In this document: positions 8,401 through 18,442 of the stretch, in pieces
Numbering within the stretch: the first letter of the stretch is position 1
Layout: every line of letters starts with the position of its first letter
Origin: Candidatus Heimdallarchaeota archaeon
Lineage (GTDB): Archaea; Asgardarchaeota; Heimdallarchaeia; Heimdallarchaeales; Heimdallarchaeaceae
Assembly: GCA_030603365.1 (NCBI GenBank)
Contig: JAUVXV010000005.1
Location: 96,001 to 160,000, forward strand
Direction: 5' to 3'
DNA length: 64,000 bases
Notes under the pieces: model-generated
Seen by the model: the letters and a program-made list of their open reading frames with translations, nothing else
What the model was told of the DNA's origin: nothing
The model's database searches: none
Translations under genes and position numbers: made by a program

Positions 8401-8521
8401 TCAAAGAGAATTATCGTTCTAACACTAATAAACGTAATGCAGAATCTTTCATAAATTCAAAATCCCAATTCTCTCTTTTATTTGAAATGTTTAAATATCC
8501 ATTTGTGCAAATATTCAAAGT

Positions 8522-9229
8522 ATGGAGTTGAGATGTTCGTTCTGTGGAGGAGAAGTAAACGAACTTAAACATGTTGATACAATGAAGAAGAAAGCATACT
8601 GTTCTTTTAGATGTACTATTGCTGATAGCATTCCAAGATTGGTTCTTTCTTTATTCTTAACTACTGGACTTGGAGTTATCTTAATTCTTGTCGGAGTTTC
8701 GAACGATTCTTCCAAAAATGTTATTATATTTAGTATTCTATTTGGAATTACAATTTTAGGAATCTTAATCTTCATTATTATAGGTTCAACGCACAATCCG
8801 AATAACCAATTACAAAGTAAAGAAAGAATATCCTTTCAAAAGATTAGATATGAGAAGATGAAGGCAGAAGAAAGTTTTACAAAAGCTCAACTTATTTATC
8901 CAGAATCACCTACAATTTCAAAAATTGCTCAACTTGTTTCTCCTGAAACATCTGCAATCTCAAAAAATACTATCCAATGTTTTTATTGCAAATCTAAGAT
9001 TGATTTCTCTAATTCAGAAGATCAAATAATCTGTATGAGTTGTGGAAATAAAATCCCTTTCTGTGATTTATGTGATGATTACATAGAATCAGAAGCTGAA
9101 ATTCTTCAACTTGAACCCTGTGGTCATATCTTTCATAAAAAAGAACTTCTAGAATGGGTAAAAAGTAATAAAATCTGTTCTAAATGTCAAGTAACTATGA
9201 CTTTTGTAGATGTTAGTCCAGATTTTTAG
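8522..9229 (+). CDS. Membrane-anchored RING-H2-like protein (putative E3 ligase)
   Basis: N-terminal CSFC...CSFRC, 2 TM, Zn ribbon, C-terminal CDLC...CGHIFHKKE...W...CSKC. Confidence 0.75.
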   Translation: MELRCSFCGGEVNELKHVDTMKKKAYCSFRCTIADSIPRLVLSLFLTTGLGVILILVGVSNDSSKNVIIFSILFGITILGILIFIIIGSTHNPNNQLQSKERISFQKIRYEKMKAEESFTKAQLIYPESPTISKIAQLVSPETSAISKNTIQCFYCKSKIDFSNSEDQIICMSCGNKIPFCDLCDDYIESEAEILQLEPCGHIFHKKELLEWVKSNKICSKCQVTMTFVDVSPDF

Positions 9230-10398
9230 AGTTTTCTTTTTCGCTTAATCCAACCTACTAGCATTACAATTGAAATAGCTATTACAAATGATTCAGTAGA
9301 TGCTTCTGTTGGTGATGAATATCCTTCTTCAACTGATTTGATAATGTAATCTATTGTAAGATAAACAAATGGCCAATCAAATTCTGCTAAACTTGACGTA
9401 AACACAACGACCATGTCATAGTCTGGCATTACTTGTATTATCTGTCCAGCCCAACCTAAAGCTAGATATGCATTCATCTGTGGGTAGACCCACCATTGGT
9501 ACCCATACCATGACCAACCACTAACCACCACTGTATTATTTGACGCTTGATCGACCCATTCCTTTGAAACTATCTGAGTTTCATTCCAAGTACCATTATT
9601 TAGAAAGAGAAATCCAAACTTTGCCATATCTCGAGGTAATAGATGAAGATCAGCTCCTCCAAAGTAAATTCCTTGTGGGTCTTGAGACCAGAACACATCG
9701 GTAAAACCTACAGGTTCGAAGATATGCTCATTTGCATACTCAAAAGTGGAATTTCCTGTCGCTTCTTCAATAATTGCAGAAAGCAGATGAGATCCTCCAG
9801 AATTATAGTTAAAAACAGTTCCTGGTTCTTCATCCTTTCCTCTGCTTAAGACAAACTCGACCCAATTATCACTTGCTTTCATCTGTACAAAACTATTTTC
9901 TGGCAAATAGTAAGAAATATCTTCTCTCCAAGAAATACCTGATGTCATGGTTAGTAGATGATAAATAGTAACATTTTCTCTTAATTCAATATTAGGTACT
10001 GAAACATTAACAAAGAAATCCAATATTTTCTGATTTACACTTTCTATAACCCCTTCCTCAATTGTAATACCAATCAAAGTTGAAATAAAACTTTTAGTAA
10101 CTGAATAGACAGGATGAAGAATTCCAGCAGTATAGTAACTGAGATACTCTTCAACCACTAGGTACCCATCCTTAACAATGAGAACACTGTCAATGTTGAA
10201 GTTATTTTCATCAATATACTCAAACATCCTATCTATTGTTTGTTCATTCATTCCTACATCTTCGAAAGAAGCTTTTTGCCACCCATTAGTGGGCCAATAG
10301 TCTCGTTCTATAACATCGCTTAAAACAGGATATGAAATAAATGAAGATAACAATAAAACCACAAACATTATGTAAACAGTAAGTGTTTTGTTTCTCAT
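9226..10398 (-). CDS. Serine hydrolase, beta-lactamase/PBP class C family, surface anchored
   Basis: SVTK, LLTMTSG, FNYNS, YGYQWW, ALGWAGQ motifs; signal peptide and C-terminal TM. Confidence 0.9.
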   Translation of the reverse strand: MRNKTLTVYIMFVVLLLSSFISYPVLSDVIERDYWPTNGWQKASFEDVGMNEQTIDRMFEYIDENNFNIDSVLIVKDGYLVVEEYLSYYTAGILHPVYSVTKSFISTLIGITIEEGVIESVNQKILDFFVNVSVPNIELRENVTIYHLLTMTSGISWREDISYYLPENSFVQMKASDNWVEFVLSRGKDEEPGTVFNYNSGGSHLLSAIIEEATGNSTFEYANEHIFEPVGFTDVFWSQDPQGIYFGGADLHLLPRDMAKFGFLFLNNGTWNETQIVSKEWVDQASNNTVVVSGWSWYGYQWWVYPQMNAYLALGWAGQIIQVMPDYDMVVVFTSSLAEFDWPFVYLTIDYIIKSVEEGYSSPTEASTESFVIAISIVMLVGWIKRKRKL

Positions 10399-10491
10399 AT
10401 TGACACCTAAATATAGGCTTACAGATGCTCAAACAGTTATATATATTCACAAACTAATTTTGTGTTTTTATACTAAATTCTGAATCATCTA

Positions 10492-10866
10492 TTGACAGAC
10501 ATGGCTTTAATATGGGGAGATACAGAAGATACTCAAAATGCTTCTAAACAGTCCTTTGAAGAAAGTATCGAGAGGATTCTAAAAGAAAAAGGAATAATAA
10601 GTCTGGATGAATTAATGGGGCTTATTAGTCATGATAATAATCTTCTAACAGATTATCAAAGGATTTTGAAAGGAATAGATAAATTGATTGAAGATGGAAA
10701 AATAATTATTGATCATGAGAAAAATATCCGAATGACAACTCTTTCTGTTTTAGGAACAGATGGATTAAATGAGCTTCCTATTTGGGATTTAATACATAAA
10801 GAAGAGGATGTAGAACTGAAAAAAGAAATTATTCGAAGATATAACCAGATCAACCCTTTACTCTAA
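10492..10866 (+). CDS. Hypothetical protein, possible winged helix
   Basis: ILKEKGIISLDELM...IDKLIEDGKI pattern. Confidence 0.5.
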   Translation: MTDMALIWGDTEDTQNASKQSFEESIERILKEKGIISLDELMGLISHDNNLLTDYQRILKGIDKLIEDGKIIIDHEKNIRMTTLSVLGTDGLNELPIWDLIHKEEDVELKKEIIRRYNQINPLL

Positions 10867-10937
10867 TTATTTCTTTGTCCATTCATTGGAAAACATTTGA
10901 ATAGGATAGATATTTAGTTATTACAGATAAATTATCA

Positions 10938-11876
10938 ATGTTGTTTGAAATGAAATATGTTTATGGACCAGTTCCATCCAGAAGATTGGGAAAATCTCTT
11001 GGTATTAGCCCAATTCCTGATAAAACTTGCAATTACACATGCATATACTGTCAATTAGGAACAACCACTAATTATACAAATACAAGAGCAATGTTCTATC
11101 CTGTAGAGGATATTCTTGACGAAGTAAGGTATGCTCTCAAACAAGAGAAGGAAATTGATTTTATTACAATTGTAGGAGAAGGGGAACCACTCCTTTATGA
11201 AGGATTAGGAACTTTGATATCAGAACTAAAGAAAATTACATCAATCCCTATAGCAGTAATAACAAACGGTGCTCTACTTTATAGAGAAGATGCGAGAAAA
11301 GACATTTTAGAAGCTGATGTAGTTTTACCGACATTAGATGCAGATTCCGAAGAACTATTTCGAAAAATAAATAGACCTCACAAGGATATTAAACTTGAGA
11401 AAGTAATTAAAGGATTTAAAGAATTTCGTAAAGTCTTTGCTAACCAAATTTGGTTAGAAGTTATGCTGATAAAGGATTTGAATGATGATGTTGAATCTCT
11501 TAAAAAGATTGAGGAAATAATAAATCAGCTCAAAGTTGATAGAGTATACATAAATGTACCAATTCGTCCTCCTACTGAATCATGGGTTAAGATTCCTCCA
11601 ACAAATCGATTAATAATTGCTCAAGAGATACTCAAAGCAGAGAGTATAGCTCATTTTGAAGAAATACTCATAGAGAGTGTAGATAGAGAATCTCCTCCTT
11701 TTAATCAAATTTTAAATATACTGAAAAGACATCCCTTAAGAAATGAACAGATGTATACTCTATTTCCTGAAATGTCTAAAAAGGAAATTGATTCCATGCT
11801 AGATGAGATGAAAAACAAGGATCTAATAGAATCTATTCTTTATAACAAGAAGATATTTTGGGAAACAAAAAAATAG
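10938..11876 (+). CDS. Radical SAM protein (COG0731/Tyw1-like Fe-S oxidoreductase family)
   Basis: YGPVPSRRLGKSLGI, CNYTCIYC, GEGEP. Confidence 0.9.
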   Translation: MLFEMKYVYGPVPSRRLGKSLGISPIPDKTCNYTCIYCQLGTTTNYTNTRAMFYPVEDILDEVRYALKQEKEIDFITIVGEGEPLLYEGLGTLISELKKITSIPIAVITNGALLYREDARKDILEADVVLPTLDADSEELFRKINRPHKDIKLEKVIKGFKEFRKVFANQIWLEVMLIKDLNDDVESLKKIEEIINQLKVDRVYINVPIRPPTESWVKIPPTNRLIIAQEILKAESIAHFEEILIESVDRESPPFNQILNILKRHPLRNEQMYTLFPEMSKKEIDSMLDEMKNKDLIESILYNKKIFWETKK

Positions 11877-11968
11877 AATTTAGGATTTATGCTAGAATGA
11901 AGAGTGATTTAGTTTTTTAATAGTTTATAGAAGATAGTGAATTAAAGAAAGAGATTATCGGGAAATAT

Positions 11969-12820
11969 TCAAATCAATTCTTTATTTTGAAATCTTTTTT
12001 TCCATTCTTTTGGTGCAACAACGGGTGGATGAACATATCGCTCAATTCTAGTTATTTCATCAATTTTTTCCAAATCCTCTTGTGATAGAGTTAATTCCAA
12101 TGAAGCATAATTGTCTTTTATATGATCTAAACTTGTAGCTTTTGGAATAGGATAAGCACCTTTACTTATTACCCAAGCTAGGCAAACTTGTGCGGAACTT
12201 ACTTTGTTTCTTTTTGCTATATCAATAATTATAGGATCTTTGAGAGCCTTACCTCTACCTAATGGGGAATAAGAAATAAAGTTGACATTCTTCTCATTAA
12301 GAGACTTTAGTAGTTCAGTCTGTTGTAGGTATGGATGATGTTCAACTTGATTTGCATAGATCGGCTTATCACATGCTTTAATAGCTGCTTCAGTTTGTTT
12401 GGCAGTGAAGTTTGAAATGCCTATATGCTTAACTTTTCCATCGTCAACAAGTTTGCTTAATGACCCTAAAGTATTTTCATGAGAATATCCTAGTGCAAAA
12501 GCTGGCCAATGGATATAAATGATATCAATATAATCAAGTTTAAGTTTTTCAATTGATTTAAGAGTGGATTTGTAAGCAAATTTAGGTTTAACTCTCAACG
12601 GATGAACTTTTGTTGCAATGATTAACTCATCTCGTTTTACTATTCCTCCATTAAGGACTTCATATAATCCTTTTCCTACACCTTTTTCATTACCATAGGA
12701 TTGTGCAGTGTCAACAAACCTGTAACCCATCTTTATTGCTTCAATTGTTGAAAATCTAGCAGCTTGAGGTTTGAGCATCCATGTACCCAATCCAATCTTA
12801 GGAAGTTCTTTGTCAGACAT
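11969..12820 (-). CDS. Aldo/keto reductase
   Basis: GLGTW, DTAQSYGNE, IHWP, IGISNF, NQVEHHP, IPKAT. Confidence 0.95.
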   Translation of the reverse strand: MSDKELPKIGLGTWMLKPQAARFSTIEAIKMGYRFVDTAQSYGNEKGVGKGLYEVLNGGIVKRDELIIATKVHPLRVKPKFAYKSTLKSIEKLKLDYIDIIYIHWPAFALGYSHENTLGSLSKLVDDGKVKHIGISNFTAKQTEAAIKACDKPIYANQVEHHPYLQQTELLKSLNEKNVNFISYSPLGRGKALKDPIIIDIAKRNKVSSAQVCLAWVISKGAYPIPKATSLDHIKDNYASLELTLSQEDLEKIDEITRIERYVHPPVVAPKEWKKRFQNKELI

Positions 12821-12881
12821 ATACTGACAAAACTGATAAAGATAATTTAAGCTTTCGGAGAATCTACTAAAAACTTATATT

Positions 12882-14462
12882 TTGCATATTGTTAGGGATG
12901 CTATGGAATATCGCATGGTTTTCGATGCAGGTTCTAAAGCATTGAAATGTGCCATTGCAGACGAAAATAACACCATCTTAGCCATGGAACATATTATCCC
13001 TCAAGCTATACAATCAGCTGATGGTTTTGGTAGAAGCTGGGAGCATTCGAAATATTGGACTAATTTATTGGATTTAGCAGAAAAAACAATTAAGAAATCA
13101 AAAATCGATTCACAGAAAATTAAGTATATTACTTCCTCAATTATCAGACCCAGCTGCGTTTTTACTGATGAAAATTTAGACCCTCTTTATATTGGGGCAA
13201 GCTTTGATGTTCAGGGAATAGACTATGGAGATGAAATAGATGAGAAGTTTGAGAAATTAACTGGAGAAACTCTCTATCAACAAACAGGACATTTCCCTAA
13301 CTTTCTTATGATACCATCCAGATTAGAATTCCTAAGAAATAATCCTGAAAAGATTGATAACAAAAAAATTACTCACTATTTACCTGTAGATAGTTGGATT
13401 CTTGTTAAATTTGGTGGAGAAGTTCATACAAATTATACCAGTGCAATGGAATCTGGTTTCTTCAGTCTTAAGGATAAACTCTGGCATGATGAGTGGCATT
13501 CAATTTTTGAAATTAATGATGATTTCTTCCCCCCTACTGTTCAATCAGGAGAAATAGTTGGGAATATTTCCACTTCAATCCAAGAGAGACTAAATCTAAA
13601 CTCTGAAACAGAATTAGTTGCTGGAATACCAGACACTCAAGCTGCACTGCTTGCATCCAATTCCATAACTCCAGGAAGAATGGGCGTAGTTTTAGGGAGT
13701 ACAACTCCAGTTCAACTTGTAACAAAAGAACTCTATACAGATGATCAAGAACGAACTTGGACAACGGGAATCTCAGTAAAAAACCTTTGTGACAATTATA
13801 TTGTAGAGGCTCATACAGGAATAACTGGACAAGTAGTGAAATGGGCAGCTCACCTTTTTGATAATAAACTGAATACTAAATTCTTAGAACCTTCAAAAAA
13901 ACAATATCATAACCTAAAGGTAAAATATCAACAATTTGATGAGTATGAACAAGAAGAATCAGAGGAAAACATTGCTACTCATTCAGTATTTGCTAACCTA
14001 GGTCCTTCTACGTTAACTAGCTCAAATCGAGCTGCAGGGGAGTTTTATTTTCCAAGCCCAGGTGGAATTGAAGAGTTTTTCATTCACCAGAATCAGCTGG
14101 TCGGAGCAGTCTTTGATAATATTATGTTTGCTGTATCTAGAAATATTGATTTAGCAAAAGAAGTAGCAAAAATGGAACAATTTACTTTATCTCTCCTAGG
14201 GGGGTTGTCTCGTTATACATTACTCAATCAGCGGTTTTCGGATTTATATAACCAACCAGTTTTATACTTATCAGATCATGAAGCATCAATTCACGGATTA
14301 CTAAAACTGTGTGATATTGCTAGCGGAAAAATAAAAAATCTGTTAGATTATCAAAAGGAATTCTCAACTACAGATGCGATTGTTAAACTAGAACCCCGTT
14401 CAACTATGTCATCTAAACTTCAAAATAAATATAAGAAATGGATGAGTATAACTAAGATTTAG
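12882..14462 (+). CDS. FGGY-family carbohydrate kinase (xylulokinase/LsrK-like)
   Basis: FDAGSKALKCAI, GIPDTQAALL, VLGSTT; likely start ATG at 12903. Confidence 0.8.
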   Translation: MHIVRDAMEYRMVFDAGSKALKCAIADENNTILAMEHIIPQAIQSADGFGRSWEHSKYWTNLLDLAEKTIKKSKIDSQKIKYITSSIIRPSCVFTDENLDPLYIGASFDVQGIDYGDEIDEKFEKLTGETLYQQTGHFPNFLMIPSRLEFLRNNPEKIDNKKITHYLPVDSWILVKFGGEVHTNYTSAMESGFFSLKDKLWHDEWHSIFEINDDFFPPTVQSGEIVGNISTSIQERLNLNSETELVAGIPDTQAALLASNSITPGRMGVVLGSTTPVQLVTKELYTDDQERTWTTGISVKNLCDNYIVEAHTGITGQVVKWAAHLFDNKLNTKFLEPSKKQYHNLKVKYQQFDEYEQEESEENIATHSVFANLGPSTLTSSNRAAGEFYFPSPGGIEEFFIHQNQLVGAVFDNIMFAVSRNIDLAKEVAKMEQFTLSLLGGLSRYTLLNQRFSDLYNQPVLYLSDHEASIHGLLKLCDIASGKIKNLLDYQKEFSTTDAIVKLEPRSTMSSKLQNKYKKWMSITKI

Positions 14463-14466
14463 TCTT

Positions 14467-16206
14467 TCATTCACCCAAATCTCTCATGATATCAAAAATT
14501 TCTTTCTCCTCTTCTTCGACTTCTTCAGGAAGAGCATAAATTGTTCCCAATAAAGAAGCTCGATATTGAATCTTAGCTGCCATTTCTACTTGTTGACAAA
14601 CAGTCCAAGCTTTATCTAATGAACCACCGCAGCAAACATTTCCATGATTAGCAATGAAAACTGCTAGGTTATCCCCTAGAGCTTCAACCGCATTATTTGC
14701 CAAATCATCTGTACCAGCCATTCCAAATTCTGCTACCTCACACCCTCCAATAAATGGAATGACTTCATCAACTATAGGACCAATTGGCATACGCGCAATC
14801 GATAGAGCTGTAGAATATGGTGCGTGAGAATGTACAATGGCTTTAATATCTTCTCTTGCTTTGTAAATAGCTAAATGCACTCTTCTCTCAGAAGTTGGAT
14901 TTCTTTGACCAACAATTGTTTCTCCTTCTTCATCAATTAGAACTATATCCTCAATTCCCATTTCTTCATATTTTACAGTACTAGGAGTAACAAGAAAAGC
15001 ATCTTGACCATTAGGTAATTTTACCCGAACAGATACATTACCAGCTGTTCCAACAATGTATTCTTTCTTAATCATCTCAATACATACTTTGATGATTTCA
15101 GTAATATGACTTGAGTACATTTGAAGTGTAGGCTGAATATCGGAGAATTCATCAGATTTATCTGCATGTACATCAGTTGGATCATATCCTTGTAGAACTT
15201 CAGGATTTTTAACGTTCTCTGGTATTTGGTTGTTCAGAATTTTTTCGATTCCATCTACCATCATCATTGAATGACGATGATTTGTATCAAAAGTATCTCC
15301 TCCCACATGAGGGGTAACTATCACATTATCTAATTCTAGAAACTCATTATCCTGATCAATGGGTTCTATGGAAAAAACATCCAAAGCTGCACCAGCAATC
15401 TTTTTCTCTTTCAATGCGTCTAAGAGTGCATCCTCATCTACAATTGATGCTCTTGCAGTATTAATGAACAAGGTATGTTCCTGAATCAATGCAATTTGTT
15501 CTTCTCCTATCATATCATCTGTTTCATCTGTAGGTGGACAATGTAAGGTAATGATGTCAGAATTAGACATTAATGTATCCAAATCAACTGAGTTCCCTTG
15601 GATAGCTGTTAATCTTTGAGGCAAAACATAAGGATCAAAAACTAAGAACTTAACGCCAAAAGGTAGAAGAAGCTTAGCCACGTTAAAACCAATCCTTCCC
15701 AATCCCACAATACCAACTGTTTTACCACTTAGTTCAAATCCTTTGAATTGATTGTAATATTTTATGTAATCTTCAAAGTCATTAACCTGGAAAGCTTCCT
15801 CAGAGTGGAGGATACGTTCTATTGAATGGAGTTTACGAGCAAGACTAAGTATTAGTCCTACCGTTAATTCCGCTACTGAAATTGTATTTCTATTTGGTGC
15901 AAAAAGTACTGGAATACCTTTGGATGTTGCTGTTTCCAAATCAATGTTATTTGGGTCACCTCTTGTTGAACCAATTATCTTAAGATCAACTTGTTCAATA
16001 ACTGATTTCTTAACATTATCTCCCTCACAGATGAATATCTCAGCACCAATATCTTTTATTCGCTTGATAAGATCTTCATCATTGAAGTATAGGTTTTTTG
16101 TATCTCGCCAGCTCTCATAAACTATCTCATCTTTCAGGAGAATTTTCAGTTTCTCAAGAGCTTCTGGAGAGAAATCAGCTGTAATATATGCTTTCATTTC
16201 ATTCAC
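14467..16206 (-). CDS. Fusion: D-isomer 2-hydroxyacid (SerA-like) dehydrogenase + class II aldolase (FucA-like)
   Basis: GIVGLGRIG, INTAR, DVFSIEP, TPHVGG; then GTAGNVSVR, PTSERRVH, VHSHAPYST, ANHG. Confidence 0.9.
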   Translation of the reverse strand: MNEMKAYITADFSPEALEKLKILLKDEIVYESWRDTKNLYFNDEDLIKRIKDIGAEIFICEGDNVKKSVIEQVDLKIIGSTRGDPNNIDLETATSKGIPVLFAPNRNTISVAELTVGLILSLARKLHSIERILHSEEAFQVNDFEDYIKYYNQFKGFELSGKTVGIVGLGRIGFNVAKLLLPFGVKFLVFDPYVLPQRLTAIQGNSVDLDTLMSNSDIITLHCPPTDETDDMIGEEQIALIQEHTLFINTARASIVDEDALLDALKEKKIAGAALDVFSIEPIDQDNEFLELDNVIVTPHVGGDTFDTNHRHSMMMVDGIEKILNNQIPENVKNPEVLQGYDPTDVHADKSDEFSDIQPTLQMYSSHITEIIKVCIEMIKKEYIVGTAGNVSVRVKLPNGQDAFLVTPSTVKYEEMGIEDIVLIDEEGETIVGQRNPTSERRVHLAIYKAREDIKAIVHSHAPYSTALSIARMPIGPIVDEVIPFIGGCEVAEFGMAGTDDLANNAVEALGDNLAVFIANHGNVCCGGSLDKAWTVCQQVEMAAKIQYRASLLGTIYALPEEVEEEEKEIFDIMRDLGE

Positions 16207-16214
16207 ATTTTTAG

Positions 16215-17018
16215 TTAAAACATCAGTTTTCTTAATTTTAACATGTTCTTCATTTCGCCTTTTACTTCCAAGTTTCCACTTGAATAAGCCTTTATTGGAT
16301 TGATCTGTTTAGTCATCATTTTCACGAAAACTGTTGAATCCATCTTTACCTGAACAGCTGCTTCTTCATCAACACCTTCCGAAAAATCTAACCCTTCCTC
16401 ACCATTAATCTTGAATAGAAAAGATTTGGAAATATCTGGAAAAGTAATCATTAGAGTGTTATACCAATTCTTGAATGCTTTCTTCACTTTCTCAGTATTG
16501 TAACGATCAATTATACTTTGTAGACCATCATCATAATTATAGTCTGATGGAATCTGTGTTTCTTTTTTGGTTGGAGCTTTACTGATTTTAATAGGAATTT
16601 GTTTCAATACTGCTTTCTTAGGAGGAGCTGGTCTTGATATCGTTTTGGTTGATGTTTCCTTTGGTACAGCTACTTCTGATTTAGATGACAATGAGGGTCG
16701 AATTATTTTCAAAGACGCAGAAGGTGCAGTTTGTACAATTTCGTTTTCTAATACCTTAAAATCTATTTTTTTCAATTTTACTAATGCTTTAATTGCGATA
16801 ACTATTCCTGCTATTAACATTCCAAACCCCATTACAGCAAAAATTAACATGAAAATTAGAATCACTTTCATGTATAGAGAAGCAGCTAGCTCAAAATCAA
16901 CAATTTTTGCAAGAAGAACTGAAGCAGAAATAAGTAAAACTGACCCAGTTGCAAAGAATGCTATGAAACTGATAGTCATTTGTCGAATAACAAAATTATT
17001 CCTTAATCTATTGCCCAT
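16215..17018 (-). CDS. Membrane protein with C-terminal SCP2 lipid-binding domain
   Basis: 2 TM, Pro/Lys/Ser-rich linker, then AAVQVKMDS...INPIKAYSSGNLEVKGEMKNMLKL. Confidence 0.8.
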   Translation of the reverse strand: MGNRLRNNFVIRQMTISFIAFFATGSVLLISASVLLAKIVDFELAASLYMKVILIFMLIFAVMGFGMLIAGIVIAIKALVKLKKIDFKVLENEIVQTAPSASLKIIRPSLSSKSEVAVPKETSTKTISRPAPPKKAVLKQIPIKISKAPTKKETQIPSDYNYDDGLQSIIDRYNTEKVKKAFKNWYNTLMITFPDISKSFLFKINGEEGLDFSEGVDEEAAVQVKMDSTVFVKMMTKQINPIKAYSSGNLEVKGEMKNMLKLRKLMF

Positions 17019-17068
17019 GAGACAGTTTTTCTTTTAAACTTTATGAATTTTTTGTGTCATTCAGTCAT

Positions 17069-17352
17069 GTTGTGGGTGTTTTATAGAGGTTATCATAAGA
17101 TCTGGAAGATGACTGGCTTACAGTCTGTACTCACTCTAAAGGATAATTCACGTATCCTCCTACCCCGTCCACACTCAAAGAGTGCTTACGGATCGCTTAT
17201 TAGCTCCTCATTCATAACTGGGAGTATAGGAATGGATTCCATTTCTCTTGTACCTTGACCACAATCTATGGAAGGAGGTGGTCTGCAAAGTCTACACGAG
17301 CGGTAAACCCTATTCCTATACTTTAAGACTGTTTGCTCTATATAAACCCAAC
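17069..17352 (+). ncRNA. Candidate large structured RNA, family unidentified
   Basis: Nested helices 17069-88/17336-52, 17121-26/17326-31, 17221-34/17311-24, 17257-62/17278-83 plus side hairpins; G.U pairs favour plus. Confidence 0.55.
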
Positions 17353-17470
17353 AAAAATGTAAAATAACTAGATGACAGAATTACTTTATAAATTTTGATG
17401 AAAAAAGGTTTTCCTATATCATGTAAAACTTTTCTTCGAGTTTAAAAGTCAAAGACTCTATTATATTTAC

Positions 17471-17531
17471 AGAGGCTAGCATCCTTAGAGCTGCACATCC
17501 CCTACCTTCTATTTCTCAAGTGCTAGCTTCT
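17471..17531 (+). ncRNA. Candidate small hairpin RNA with C-rich loop
   Basis: AGAGGCTAGCA/TGCTAGCTTCT stem; TTTAAAAG box at 17441-17448; pyrimidine tail. Confidence 0.35.
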
Positions 17532-17559
17532 TCTCTTTCATTTCTACGATAAAAGATTC

Positions 17560-17841
17560 TTATCCGCCTGAAATAAAAGGAATTATAGAAATAATTTGAT
17601 CAGCTGTAAGAGTAATTTCATCCAATTCGTCATTATTGACATTTCTCTTATCTAATTGAATAAAATAAAAATCCTTTATCTTTTCTTCACTATAGAGCAA
17701 ATTTTCCATCGCTTGCCCATATTTGTCTCTAAAGAAATCAAGAGCATTTTGAATTGATGAGTTCTCCTTTATTTCAATTTGGACGTATCTCTCTTTGGTA
17801 ATAGATCTTAACTGTCCAAAGCATTGAATAGAGACTTTCAT
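17560..17841 (-). CDS. MoaD/ThiS/SAMP-like ubiquitin-fold sulfur carrier
   Basis: 93 aa, MKVSIQCFGQLR start, C-terminal IIPFISGG. Confidence 0.9.
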   Translation of the reverse strand: MKVSIQCFGQLRSITKERYVQIEIKENSSIQNALDFFRDKYGQAMENLLYSEEKIKDFYFIQLDKRNVNNDELDEITLTADQIISIIPFISGG

Positions 17842-17878
17842 GGTAGACCTAACTCAAGAACTTATTTAAGCGCTTCTT

Positions 17879-18442
17879 TCAATCAAATTTCTCCAAAAAT
17901 TTATCTTTGATTTCAGGAGGATGCCAGGGGATATTTTCTAGCTTATGGATATCTTCTTCAACAAGAGTATGGAGTACAGACAATTCCTTAGCAGCAAGTA
18001 AATCTATTAGTTTGCCATTAAGTGTTTCAGTATCTTTCATAACATCGACTGATTGGACATTTTTGATTCCCATCCCAGATATCATTTCTTCATAAGCAAG
18101 ATTAGAAGAAACAGTTTGTTGGCCTCCCGTTGTGGCATATGAACCATTATCTAAAACAAGAATTTTCAAGTTTTGTGGCTTATGAAAAGCTATGGTAGCC
18201 ATTGAACTTAACCCCATAAGAAAGTTGCCATCACCAGTAATAACAATAACTTGTTTATTAGGTTGAGATAAAGCTAATCCAAAACCTACAGCCATTGGTA
18301 ATCCCATACTTCCTCTTAAGTAAACTTGAGGTTGATGAAGATAAGCAAATACTTGACGGCTAACATTACCATTAGAGCTAACAATTAACTCATCTCCCTT
18401 AAGCAAATCTTGTAAGCTTCTAACTACTTCATCGCCTTTCAT
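17879..18442 (-). CDS. comE: Sulfopyruvate (or phosphonopyruvate) decarboxylase beta subunit
   Basis: GSMG, TPP motif GDGNFLM...LDNG, TTGGQ; overlaps alpha gene. Confidence 0.65.
   Translation of the reverse strand: MKGDEVVRSLQDLLKGDELIVSSNGNVSRQVFAYLHQPQVYLRGSMGLPMAVGFGLALSQPNKQVIVITGDGNFLMGLSSMATIAFHKPQNLKILVLDNGSYATTGGQQTVSSNLAYEEMISGMGIKNVQSVDVMKDTETLNGKLIDLLAAKELSVLHTLVEEDIHKLENIPWHPPEIKDKFLEKFD

Noticed and set aside
10938-11876. Radical SAM as RiPP maturase for the peptide
   Set aside because: Common COG0731-type family, no SPASM or RRE features, 5 kb away
16567-17037. 156-aa plus-strand ORF and other short antisense ORFs in the track
   Set aside because: Shadows of well-supported genes on the opposite strand or frame
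17043-17258. 71-aa ORF
   Set aside because: No recognisable protein features; overlaps the structured RNA candidate
17069-17352. Firm call as SRP RNA, RNase P RNA or group I intron
   Set aside because: Hallmark motifs are missing or in the wrong order; left unidentified
17471-17531. SECIS element
   Set aside because: No convincing SECIS core and no in-frame TGA selenoprotein candidate nearby
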